Assembly: GCA_030390025.1 (NCBI GenBank)
Contig: CM059432.1
Span: forward strand, 73,410,001 to 73,474,000
Direction of reading: 5' to 3'
Length of the DNA: 64,000 nt
Origin: Squalus acanthias
Lineage: Eukaryota
The notes under the pieces were generated by a model. The model saw only the letters and a list, made by a program, of their open reading frames with translations. It was not told the origin of the DNA and searched no databases. Made by a program: the position numbers and the translations under genes. The first letter of the stretch is position 1; every line of letters starts with the position of its first letter. Shown here in pieces: positions 49,578-62,064 of this stretch.

Positions 49578-51299
49578 CTGTATATAGGATGTCTCACGTC
49601 TTTTAGAAAAGTGAATAATATCTCAAAATAACACCAATGTGTCATTATGTTCAGTATTTCTGACTGGTCAGGAGTCACAGCATACTGATGTCAAAAGCAT
49701 TATTCTGTTGAAAATTATTAATTAGTGCTTTCGTGCACAAATTCTGCAGTTTTTTCATTGCCCTTGTTAACAATTTTTAAATATTATGGTAAGGTATTTT
49801 AAATTCAACATTATAATTGTGTCCCCATTGACCCTTCCTCCTCTTCAGTTCTACATTAACTGTAGACTAAAAAAAAATGCAAATTCTGAAAATCTGGAAT
49901 TAAAAACTAAAAATTGCTGGAAATGCACAGTAATTCTCTCAGTAGCTGGAAAAGAAAAGATATGTTAACATTTCAGGTAGAGTTCTAATGAAGGCTCTTA
50001 TTTGCTGAACCACAGCTGTGAAGTTTAATCAGGTCTGAACAGGTTCACTATCCTGGGAATAACAACATAAATTTTGTGCTGACTAATTTGTTAAACAGCA
50101 CTGGTTGCATAAGTTACAGAATGAATGTTACCCACTCAGCCCACTCCAAATTGATCACTTGCTCTCCCTGATGAAGCAATCTGGAGTGGGTTGAGTGGGT
50201 GTGTGGAACAATTGTGAAATAACTGAGTCGAAAATATTGAAGAAGTTGTAACATTTTACATTGTCACTAGACTGCGTCATGAAGTCCCACCCAGTAACAT
50301 CAGGAATAGTCATTTCTACCCACAATCCACTGTTAACATTCATGATGCTACTGACCAGAACAGCAGGAAATGACCCACCATGATAATGGGCTTACTATAG
50401 CATGATATGAATAATAGGCAAAAAGAAATGAAGGCTGAATACCCTAGCAGGAGTGTATCAGAAGGGCAGCAAGCTAGTTCATAACTCAGATAAGCTCAGT
50501 GCTGGCCTCATCCCGGAATTTCACATGGCCTTTGTTTTGGGCGGAGCTTCTGCCTGCCCTAACAAGGACACTGAGATGGAAGTGGTCAGGATTGGGGTGG
50601 GGTGGGGTGGGGTTGAATCCCAGTTGAGGTTGTGTTGGGAGTTCCCACTTCCCTGATCCTGGAACAAATCAGAACAGAATCAGCAGCCAGATCATCCAGT
50701 AGAAAGACGCATGCTTGCCTGCTGAATGGCTATCGTGGGGTTTCTGGCAGGTCCAGGCCAGGGCCATGGCATGGACCACAGAAGATAGAGGTTTGAATTT
50801 TTATATATAACAGCCCCCTTACAACAAGAGCCAAGGGGGCACATTTTTGGGCAGGGTGGGGGGTTAACTACCCCAGACTGGCACCTCTCGTTGGTGCCTG
50901 AGATACATCCCTAATGGCATGGGCACCCACAAGGGATATTTAAATTAGGTGACCTCCCTCCAAGCCTGCAAAGATCAACAATGATGATCACCAGCAGGTG
51001 CGATTCTGGGCGTGAGTGCCAGAATCACTGACGTATGAGTTTTCAGGCCCAAGGCCACTTGGCTTATTAAGCTTGTTCCTTACATAATATAGTTTGCCCT
51101 GTTGTAGACTCTACCCTCAGGATGATGACAAACCACAAGTAAAATTTCCAGAGATCAACATTACAATCTACAAAATTCAACTCTGACCAATTACATTCTA
51201 CGGACACTTCCAGACTGCTATCAGCACAGTAACTATTGTTTTCCATAAAATACAGAAGCTACCTATCCACAGAACCTTCAGCCATGTTCTTAAACAGAT

Positions 51300-51590
51300 A
51301 TTGTTCTAGTTCTTTTTTATCTGGTCATTTCATTTCTCCTGCCTATCACAGACCTTTCTTTTTGTTCTTTCCTCCCCTCCCCCCTTTCTCTGCCTCTGTA
51401 CTTGCTTAAAACCTGTCACAGTTCTGATGAAACGTCATCATCCTGAAACATTAGGTGCGTACGAGGTGTAATTTTTTTCCAAACGGAGGCATCCGCCCGC
51501 ATGAAGCCTCCGATCGGAAATTCAGGGCCTTTGTTTCCCTCTCCACATATGCTGCCTGACCTGCTGAGTATTTCCAGCATTTTCTGTTTT
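51300..51590 (+). mobile_element. Penelope-type pLTR fragment with degenerate hammerhead, interrupted at 51454-51529
   Basis: AGTTCTGATGAAACGTCATCATCCTGAAACATT, then CCACATATGCTGCCTGACCTGCTGAG; left boundary approximate. Confidence 0.65.
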
Positions 51591-51619
51591 AATCTAACTA
51601 GTAGTCTCATGGGAATTTG

Positions 51620-52000
51620 GGCTCAATTGGTGGCACACTCACCTATGAGTTCGAAGGTTCTAAATCCCACTCTATAATCTAGGCTGACTCTCCAGTGCAG
51701 TGTTGAGTGAGTGCTGCAGTCAGAGAGACTTTCTTTCAGATGAAATATTAAACTGATGCCCCATCTAATCTGTTTAGGTAGGTGTAAAGGATCTTATAGC
51801 ACTATTTGAAGAAGAGCAGATAATTCACCTGGTGCCTTGGCCAATGCAACCAAATAGAGATTATCAGGTTATTCTTCGCATTAACTGTATGCAAACTGGC
51901 TGCTAAGTGCACTTTGAAAAATAAATTCATTGCTATGAAGCATTTTGGGGCATCCTGAGGACATGTAAGGCAAAAATATAAATGCAAATTCTTTTTTTCT
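51620..52000 (+). mobile_element. tRNA-derived DeuSINE-like element, old
   Basis: tRNA-like head, Deu-like core and L2-like ATATAAATGCAA tail. Confidence 0.7.
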
Positions 52001-53344
52001 TTAACTGAAGGATATAATTGGCACATGTGTCAAGAGTTCTACCCTGAGCATCTCCACTACTTCACACTTTGATTCAGTTGGAGAGAGTGCCCCAAGGCTT
52101 CAGGTCACTATGATTGATGTACATTTTCACACACAGGCTGATTATGTGAAGATTTATTTTAATGAATCCAAATCCAAGCACAGCCATAATTCTGATAGTC
52201 ATTGAAGCATTGTATCAATCTGTTACTAATTAAGTTCATTAATATGTAAAAAATTACAATCTACTTAATTTTAGCATTGAATTCTTGATAATAAACTTGA
52301 TTTTCATTACTTATGCATCCAATTTATTTTTATTTTTTGGTATAAAACCGGTAACTCAAGCATTTCAGGGCTCTCTTGAATGCTGTGCTTTCCATTTTGA
52401 AAATATTCTAGTCTAGTCATGCTATTTTATCCTCTGGGTCCTGATTTTTATATATTCTATAAGTTTTGAGATGAATCCATTACACTTTGTCACACATACA
52501 GATTTTTGTGTTGCACTTTTAAAAAGTATTAAAAAAGAAAGGTAATTTCTCCCACATTCTTCTGACTTCTAATTGACCTGAGGATATGCCTAAGAGCAAT
52601 TAACCTTTAATTGACCTAAGAAAGGCAATACAATGAAACCTTGTTGGCTTTAAGAAACACACCAATTTACACACAGCTGCACAGAAGCAACATTGTTAGC
52701 ATCCTTTTTAATTAGGAATATAATATAATGCAATCGTTGTTCTTGGTTTTAAAATATCGCTCATTATTTAGACATCTTAAACCATGTTGCTAATTGCATC
52801 ACAGTACATGATAGTTTGGCTCAAAAATTCTTGCTGGAATCCTGCCAGCGGAGCAGAACCCCTATCTGCCCTCACCCCAGACCAGAGACTCCGGCCGGGA
52901 ATTTAATTTAGGAGGCGGGATGGGGGCGGGTCAGCTGGTCGGCAGCTTTCGGACCCGCTCCCGGATGCCGCCGGCCCGCAGTTCCGATTTTTGCTTGATT
53001 GGCCTCGTTACGGCCGATGTGCGGGTCCCTCCAGGCAATTGCTTGGAGCATGTCAGTTTCTCGCATCTGATGATGCGTTGTTTGAGTAAAAATTTAAAGG
53101 GGCCGTGTCCCCTTTGCAAAAAATGTGGATGGGATGGCTTGGTGCTGTATTTTCTAGAAAGGGGAGTTGACAGCGGCTGATCTGAACACAATGTATTGAA
53201 TGACATTGCTGGTCATTTTATTCCAGAAACACATTGATGATTTTTTTTATCTATCAATTTAGTATGTGACTAAGAAATGAAAAATATGCCAGATGTGTTC
53301 CAATCATTGTCTTAGTAAAATTAATGCTTTTTCCTCCTGCAGAA

Positions 53345-53584
53345 ATGGCAGCCCCAAAAACTTAGGCTGCAGCCAGGTTCAATGAGGGCTCTCTCCATGC
53401 ACTTGTGGAGGGAGTTAGAGGACATCAGGAGCTCCTCTTCCATGGAAACAGAAGGTGGAGGCCTCCTCAGCAAACCAAGGCAGCTTGGCTGCAAATTGCT
53501 GAGGAGGTGAGTTCGAGGTCTGTGTGCCGACGAACATGGGTTCAGTGTTGAAAAAGGTTTAATGATCTGCTGAAATCATCTAAA
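53345..53584 (+). pseudogene. Myb/SANT-like domain exon (Harbinger partner)
   Basis: MAAPKT*AAARFNEGSLHALVEGV...AWLQIAEEVSSRSVCRRTWVQC*KRFNDL; preceded by acceptor TTTTCCTCCTGCAG. Confidence 0.85.
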
Positions 53585-53741
53585 GTGTGGCCTCTGTGTT
53601 CTGGAAAATGGAAGTTCAAGAGTGAGGGGTCAGGGCGCATGCCATGTAGAATGTTGGTGGTGACACAGCGCTTTAGTAGACAGATGATGCCGGACTTATA
53701 TTCATCTCCATATGCCAGCCACCTGTGGTTGAAGCGTAAGC

Positions 53742-54937
53742 TTATGCGAATCTGGCATGGATGAGTGCATCCCTTACTTGACGGCCAGCAATGTGTTCGC
53801 CTGCTGCTGGATTGGCCACAATCAGCGCCGCAAGGCGTCGTTCCTTGTCCTCCTCCTCATCCTCTTCCTCTTCATCCGAGGAGGCTGTGTGCTGAGCCAC
53901 TTGTGCATCCGGCAGCACTAAGCCACGCTGCTGTGCGATGTTGCAGGGCACAGCAGACCACGACGATTCTGGACACCCTGGTTGGTGCAGATTGCAAGGC
54001 TCCTCCAGATCTGGCTAGGCATCGGAAGCGCATTTTGAGCAAGCTGATGGTTTGCTCGATGATGCTTCTGGTGGATATGTAGCTCAAATTGTACCGCTCC
54101 TCAGCATCGTTTGATGGTCTCCTCATCGGTGCCATAAGCCACTTTTTCAGGGGATAGCCCTTGTCGCCAAGAAGTTGGTTTGGCGGATGGAAGAGCTGAA
54201 GCACAGTAAACTGGTGCAGGATGAAGGAGTCATGGCAACTGCCAGGGTACTTTGTGCAAACTCACCAGCTGGACGTTCAGGGAGTGGAATCCCTTGTGGT
54301 TGACAAATACAGCTGGGTTGTGATAAGGGGCCCTAATGCCTACATGTGTGCAGTCAATGATGCTGTGCACCATTGACAAGCCTGCCATATTGGCAAAGCC
54401 AACCGCACGCGCCGTCACACTTGGGCCATCTGTGGAGAAATGGATGTAATTGTGCGCATTTGCAAAGAGGGCATCGGTGACCTGCCTGATGCAGGTGTGT
54501 GCGGCCGACTGGGAGATGCCGCTGATGTCTGCAGCTGATCCCTGGAAGGAGCCCGAAGCAAAGAAGTTGAGTGCGGTGGTGACTTTGACAGCCACTGGTA
54601 AGAGGTGTCCACCCGTTCCTCTGGGCTCCAGGTGTTAGTGCAGCATTGCGCAGATGTCAGCGACTACGTCTCTCGAAAGTCTCAGCCTCCTTTGGCACTA
54701 CTGCTCAGTCATGCTGAGGAAGCTGATCCTCTGCCTGTAAACCCTGTGTTGGGGGTATCTCCTGCGGCGAGGTGCAGCCCTGCGCTGAGGCCCTCTGCCC
54801 AGTGCAGCATCAGGTGGGTGAGGAGGAGGTTGGCGCTCCTGGTGTTGGTGCTGCTGTTGTGGCTGGTTGTGGTGCTGCCGCGGCTGCTCTTCCTCCGAAT
54901 CTGACGACCAGGATGAGAGGATATAAATGTTCCCCAT
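53742..54937 (-). pseudogene. Harbinger DDE transposase, degenerate; closest in-window relative is 4522-5759
   Basis: [33 protein letters not shown]; internal stop, deletions and frameshifts. Confidence 0.92.
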
Positions 54938-57900
54938 CCCGTAGCTATAGATTTCACTTGAGGCAAGAAGCTTGCAAGCGCACAGTCGAAGTGGCCTGAA
55001 ATAATTCCAATCATGTCACACTGCAGATGGCTGCCAGCTTGAACAGTCAAGGTCAGTAGATTTGCAAAATCTTATCCCAAACCTCCAACAACAAGGTTGT
55101 TGCATTTGAATGTCACCCATGTTACAGGAGCGCTTTTAAAGTGCTGCACCAATTACTACAAATTATCTCCTCCAGCAACGCGTCTCCTTGCAGCTGGCCT
55201 GTTTCTGACAAGACGGGAAACAGGAGCCAGAGGCACGAAAATGGGAAACCACTATCAAAATAGGATTAGCAAGGCAGTTAACAGGCTATTAACTGCCTTA
55301 ACTACCTGTCCCACCGGTTCCAGTCGGGTCAGTTTGGGAGCGGCTGAACCGACACTCACGAAAATCGGGTGGGGGTGGGATGGAGGCGGGTTGGGTGTCT
55401 GAAGCCATTTTTTCCGATTTTCGCTGCCGACCCGCCTCGAAACCCGCCTCCTCAGGGCTATTAAAATCGAGCCCTCCGTCCCAGATGCCAGTGAATGGGT
55501 CTTTTGCAAGGCCAGCTGAGCTGTCGGCACCTCCAAGGACATACCAGCGGCACTTGCCCTGTAAGACAAAACAGCTGACCGCTGCCCTGCCTGTGCCACA
55601 ACGGGGCCAAAGAAAATACTTCACCCTTTTCAGTCTTTGGTTCCAAAAGAAGCCATTTTGCCTCCAGAGAATATAATTGATTCCCTGCAAGATCAAAGAT
55701 TTACGGCCTTTCAGAAGGCCTCAAAATGACTCACACCTGGGAACTTCCCCCAGCACGCCCGCTTGACGGGGCATGTGGAAGATCCACCCATGACCCCCTA
55801 CTGGAATTTTGAAAGGTCAGGGCAAATAGGGCGGAATCCCTGGAGAACTGGCTTCAAATTACCCACCAGTCCTCCCTAGTTCAAATTTAAGCTTTCTGCC
55901 CTCTCCAGGCCAAAGAATCTTGGGGCTTTAATCTCTATAGTTGCATGGTTCACAACAGATTCACATTTATCAGAAAATATAGGTGGTGAATGACCTCGGA
56001 TATATCTTTGCTAGTGGATATGGCTTGGAAGCCCAATAGAAATCAACACGTCACTACATTAAACATTCATGTGGCAATACAAAACTCCATGCAATTAAAA
56101 ATTTGCTATTGGCATTGTGATACTCTTATTACTATTTTGAATATTAAATCTTGCCATATTTGATAATCAGATTTGCCATGAAAATACATATTGGCATGGT
56201 GTGCCAACTTAACACCAGAATAATTCCAAATGAGCAAGGAGTCAGTTGGACAGAATTCACCACAAACTATTTTCTGTATATCACAGTGCATCACTTCTTA
56301 AAACTACAACAAGTTCACACTGTTATCCATCAGGAATGATGGGGCGGCAGCATGATATTGGGAACAATACAGCAAGTAGACTCGAAGTATTGATGCTCCA
56401 GTGTAGTGTGCTCCCATCTCATTCCTCTTTAAAACTAAAAACAGATATAAAACTCTGGATATAGAAGTGATGACTGCAGACAGAACATAGCACCAGAGCC
56501 ACATAAGCATCATGAGCAGATAGCAAAACATTCGTTCACATTGTTTCACATAATAATATAGATTTTTGGACAGCACATATTGGATATTACCGCCATAGTG
56601 TCAGCGCCTGAACCGACTAATAGCCAGTATTCACCTGGAAATTACTGTTGAAAACATTAGAGGCTCATCTGACATGTCTCCGTCTAATATTTTAACTGTA
56701 GAATTAACCGATTTATTTTAAACAGGCTAACACCATTATTAAAATAGCAGCGATGAATGTTACACAAATACATGAAGTTTTCATTCACTGAAATTGACAA
56801 CAGTAATTTCTAGGCTGTAGCCCTTAAATTCATGTTCCAGTGTAAACCATTGCCCTATCAGACCTGTAGATAAAATATAGTCCGAAATAAACAGAGTTAA
56901 TTTTTCACATGATCAAGCTTTGAATCGGCCTTCATTTTATCTCAGTAGAATTTCATTTTAGGAATTGCATAGCTTCACCCAGTAAAAAGACATTAGAATT
57001 CTGCAAGGGTAGTTTGGAGTGGAAAAAATACTGAATAGTAAAAGCAAGTATCCTATAAGCATATAAATCAACTGGCTAATTTATTGTTTCAGTAGGTTAC
57101 ACATAGTGATTCATTATAGATGGCCTGTGAAAAGATAATTGCACCCAGTATCAGAAACTAGTGTTAGTGCTTGATCATGTGTATCTGTATCAGAACACAA
57201 GGTGGACATTTCCAGTACAAATTAATATAAGGTGTAATATCAGAGCAGTGTAAGGCTTCAATTTACAATATCGGTAATATTATTTGTAAATTTAAAAATC
57301 AGCTTTACAGACTGCAACAATGCTCCTTATGAAAAATGTGCTCATTCTTTAATTGAAACAACGGATGAATAAAGCATTGTTTGGCATCTGCAGTGCTGTT
57401 GTGCATCTGCAGTGCTACTGTGTGTCAGCATCCTGCATTATGAAACACTGGGGCAGAAATTGGACTTCATTGTGCACATTATTTAAGTGTGAAACGGGTA
57501 CAACAAATCCAAATTTCAGGGACCAAGGTTCTGTCCGCCAAGGATGCCTGAAAAGCATCTGACCTGAAATTGGGTCGGGTCATTTTTCGAGTGCCTTGGC
57601 AGCCATCTAAAAGAGGTGTTAAGCCCCTTACTAATGTAAGTGAGGGTGTAACACGTGTTTTAGGCCCCTTGACGAAATTGGTCTGCAATGAGCAGAGCAG
57701 GAGTTGGGCCTGCCTCGCTTAGGATTTTTCAACGGCTGGCAATGAAATGTAAGTGCATTTAAATTTTTTTTTAAATAAATCCCTGTAGAGCCAGGAGCAG
57801 CAGTGCTCCTCCCAACTTCACAGCCCTCCTGAGGGCCACTGCCGGCCTGCGATCGGCCCTTCGACCCATTCTATCTCCCCAGAGGTCATTCTTTCTGCTG

Positions 57901-60429
57901 CGAGCCCATAAATGACCAGATTTATTGAATTCAATTTCACAGCTCGCCATTGTTAAAATGTGTCATGAAGCAATATTGTGAAATTAAGCAAAAGGCAAAC
58001 AATACTGACCTTGGCAGCCTTCCTGAGACCAGCGAATTTCTTTTTCACCTCCTCTCAGGTTTAGTGCACTCTTTCTACCAAAGTAGTTTCATTGAAAGGA
58101 GAGTTGTGACTTGTTCCAGCCAATTCTTGCCCAGGACAGCTTTAAGATTGAGCTGTTGCACCCAACGTCCTGTCCTCTGACTGTTGCGCACTCCCAGCGC
58201 ATTACACACTGTGTGGTGGAAGTGCTGTGAGGTTATCTAAATGAGCTGAATGCACATTATGGTGTGAGGTCATTTCAATGCAGGGTAAGTGCATGCAATA
58301 TCTGAGGAGTAGCAGTTCCTGCATTTCTGCAGCCACACTGCGTTATCAGTCCCAATATTAATTTCTAGTAGTCTACATGTGCTGAACTTGAAATATGTTA
58401 AAAATAATTTCTGCAGAACATCCTTATCAAAATCCAACAGATGTCCTTCCCCCAAAAGCAGTAATAAAAAAAAAAGCTTATAATTGTAGATTGCGGCCAA
58501 CTGGATTAAATGTTTCATTCTGATTGTAAACTTCTTTGAATAAATCAAGAACATGGTGCTAAATATGATAAGAAGGCTGCACTAAATTGTGTTTTAAATT
58601 GTTCTCTTGGCACATAGCCTGCCTCGATCAGCTGAAAGAGGTTGTATTCTTGAAGAAAAATTCAAGTAAGAACCAATTACCATCAGCATTATGTTTATCT
58701 TTGTAGTTGAAAATCAAATCATTTAATCACATCCAACAGATGTTTTCTTTATTTTACACTAATACAAATGAGCACAATAGCAGCTCATTATGCTGCTTGC
58801 CATTGTTCATGTTGTGATGTATTTACTGATCAGCACACCCCAACACAAGAGCAAAAACAGAAAGGTCAAAATATACATATGCAGGCAATTTGATTTAGTC
58901 TAGACTGGGAATTGCTTTGTTTTCAGTTCTCATTTTGGGCTTGAACTACACATGTTCCTTTCTGTAGTGTGACTCTGTCATCTTCTGCATGTAACAGCAG
59001 CAACAATTTTTTATATGAATGTTAAACTGTCAGTCAAAATGTTCATCACAGGTCACTTGAACGGTGGTGTGTTCTTAGTGAGCTGATAGGAAAGGACTTG
59101 TGGTTCTGTACAAAAACGGTTATAAAATATGTGCGTTTCTACAAATTTTTTTTCCAACCTATTTTCTCCTCTATTCTCCCTTTCTCCTCTTCTCGAGGCA
59201 GCAACTTCTGCTGGGATATAATTCCATTTGTACTAGTCGTTGACCGATACCTTACTCGGGTGCCCATTCTTCATGTTTGAGCCTAAAAAGCAAAGATGGG
59301 CAAGCTGTTCAACTGCCGTCAGAGTAGAACTCAATCCAGTTCTCATCTGAGCCTCAATTTTGCACCAGGGTTCTGCCCCATTTCAAGAGGGTAAAAGTAG
59401 AAAATCATCCAGGAAGCCATTCCACCAGCTCCTCATAGATCGCACTTCATTTCCAGGATTTTCTGCCAGGATTGATAGCATCCGTTGTGTGTGCTTGCCC
59501 AAACATGGGTGGACGCAAGGGATTCTAATAAGTTCCTGACATTCAGCTTCACTATGGCATGTGGGAGGGGACTTCAATTTGAAAAGACTTCGTTAAGAAG
59601 CAAAATCAATTTTTCTATGATTGGCCTCCTCTTCAGCTGCCCCACAGGCTGCTGACCTCACTCCGCTGCTGCAAGAGTCTGAAACCTGCAGTAGTCCTTT
59701 TTCTGTCCACAAAAACACAGGACCCAAAAAGCAACAGGCCAGTGATCCTGGCAACTGTACCAGGATTGAGTCAACCTGGTAATACACTACTGACCTAGGC
59801 AGAATTTCCAGGGTCAAGGGGAAGGTTTGCTAATTAGCCTGCCATTGGTAGGCACCCACCCCATGAGGGGTGCATCTAGGGTGCCCGCTCTGATGGGAAC
59901 TCTAGAAATGCAGTTGTAGATTGCCAGGTCACGGGATGGGTGCTGGGTTACCCCCTCCAATAAACATTGGACGTGCCTCTGCAGCCCACTTTGTAAAGCA
60001 GCTGTTTTTTAAAAAAAATGTTGCTCCCAGTTCTTCTGGGTTTCGAGCCATGATCTTGGCCTGGACCCCCAGGTGGGCCATATAATCACTGGTTGTGGGG
60101 GATGAATGCCTGGGCTGACTAGACATACCCCCATCAACCCTACACTAGATCCCAGTGAAGGCCGAAAGCATGGGAAGTCCCAGCCTAGGGAATCCCCACC
60201 CCCAGCCCCTTCCTCCCTTACGATGATGGCCTTGTTTGTGGCTAGCAGAAGCTCTGCCCCCAACAGGCTGTCGTGGATATTTCCACTCAAGGCTGCAACT
60301 CATCATTTCTGGGTTCCAGCCTAGTTACTGCCGCTTCCGGTAGACTCCTCAAAATTATGATGGGAACATGCCAGAACGGTTGCGGATTTCTGGGGCTACA
60401 CATTCCAACAGGTGTCACTGGATAGTAAT

Positions 60430-60616
60430 TAAGATCAGGAAACCTGGACGATTTTCCCTTCTCTAGCCCAGGGGGGCAGAGGCCAATTGCAGCATCCAGC
60501 ATCATCTCAGCTGAGATTATTTAACTCAGTACAGACAGGGACTGAACCTACGATCTTATGCTCTGTATGACTCAATTATTAGTTGCCTTTGCCAACTGAA
60601 CCATCGGGAGAGCCCC
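60430..60616 (-). mobile_element. tRNA-derived SINE head (second SINE family)
   Basis: Minus strand A-box-like TGGTTCAGTTGG and B-box-like GGTTCAGTCC. Confidence 0.45.
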
Positions 60617-61093
60617 GGGATTTGATTTTACTTATTTATTCCTTTGAGGTAAGCTATTTGTGTTTCTCTCCAGTTCTTCTCAGATTGTTTGATGCCATGC
60701 ACCATTCCCCAGCTTAAACAGCATTCAGGCAGTCCAACCCTTGGCCTGTGCCAATGGTGCTCTGTAAATTGCTGACATTCCATTCTGACACCAATGTTCA
60801 ATTGGTTTCAAACTCAAAAATATATCTAAGTCAATAAATCTGCTATCAAATTCAACTATACAATTGAAAGCATTGCTGAGATGTAACTTTGTTGAGGGTT
60901 TGAATACAGACTTTAAAATCAATGGAGAATTCTGTTGTTTCATGAGAAGTCCTAAATGCAGCATAATCCATTCAAATTGGGGTTGGATTTGCCATTGCTA
61001 AATTTCAATCTCCTCTCCCCATTGGCAGTGCAGGCTTTCCATAGCCTGGCAACCAGACTGCGAGTGTTACAGCCATTGTAAATTATACTAATT

Positions 61094-61390
61094 GTCAGCC
61101 GTGGCTCAGTTGGTAGCACTCTTGCCTCTGAGTTAGAAGATTGTGGGTTCACAGTCCCACTTCAGAGACTTGAGCACAAAAAAATGAATAAGAGCACAGA
61201 AGTTATTCCTGGTGTCCTGGCCAATATTTATCCCTCAATCTGGACATTATCACATTGCTGTTTATGGGAGCTTGCTGTGTGCGAATTGGCTGCTGCGTTT
61301 CCTACAGTACAACAGTGACTACACTTCAAAAGTACTTCATTGGGATGTCCTGAGGTCATGAAAGGTGCTATATAAATGCAAGTCTTCTTT
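61094..61390 (+). mobile_element. tRNA-derived DeuSINE-like element with internal deletion
   Basis: A box TGGCTCAGTTGG, B-box-like GGTTCACAGTCC, GGTGTCCTGGCCAATATTTATCCC core, GCTATATAAATGCAAG tail. Confidence 0.8.
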
Positions 61391-61862
61391 TATCAGTAGC
61401 ATATGGTCTGTCCTTGTACTCTATATTGAAATGGAAATGTTAAAAAATGAAGAACAAATACTTTTTGTATCTTCTGCACTACATTGTTCATAGGTCAAGG
61501 ATCTATCTATACAACCATGCAACTCGATGAAGAATGTAGTTATGGGAACATGGGGGAAAAATTCAGTTGGTTGCGCCACCCGATAGCGCCTTAGGAGAGC
61601 GCTAATGGGGCGCAAAGCCGCTAGCGCCCGAGCGCAGCGATGTTTGCGCCGCTCGGGAACTTAACTACACATTGTGCGGCGGCGTTAAACTTTACCGCCG
61701 CGACCACCTGCACGCGCAGATTGTGACGTCATTCCATGGTGCAACGCCCTTGTGGTGCCCCGGAGCGGAAATTGAGTGGCGCCCCCTGCCTTACCGCCTG
61801 GCGCATCCAACGACCGGAAGACTGGAACGCTATCAATCGCTGTGGGGCTGGGGGGGGGGCGC

Positions 61863-61870
61863 TATTTAAA
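61863..61870 (+). promoter_or_regulatory. Putative TATA box of the transposase gene
   Basis: GCTATTTAAAGG about 200 bp upstream of the ATG; same motif at 1125, 45152 and (minus) about 22143-22153 upstream of the other transposase. Confidence 0.55.
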
Positions 61871-62064
61871 GGGGGCCTCTTCCTGTCTTTTTCTGTGGTT
61901 GACATTTTTGCACCACTCGTTCTGAGAGAGAGAGAGAGATTCAGAGAGAGAGAAAGAGAGACTTCTGCATTGAGTCAACGCTTTGTGAGGTAGTTTTGCC
62001 TACTGATCCTAACTTCGCTGGTACTTTGGTTGCTGTCCTTCATAACTTTGCTTGCAAAGAGACT

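Larger units (their letters stand above)
52893..55474. mobile_element. Two-gene Harbinger with truncated Myb gene
   Basis: Ends GGCCGGGAATTTAAT..GGAGGCGGG / CCCGCCTCC..ATTAAAATCGAGCCC; TSD TCC at 52890-52892 and 55475-55477. Confidence 0.85.

Noticed and set aside
57450..57905. Additional MITEs (also near 22505, 40150, 50505 and 59797)
   Set aside because: GC-rich with TIR-like starts, but no matching second TIR or TSD could be established
61094..61170. tRNA gene
   Set aside because: tRNA-like head continues into SINE core and tail
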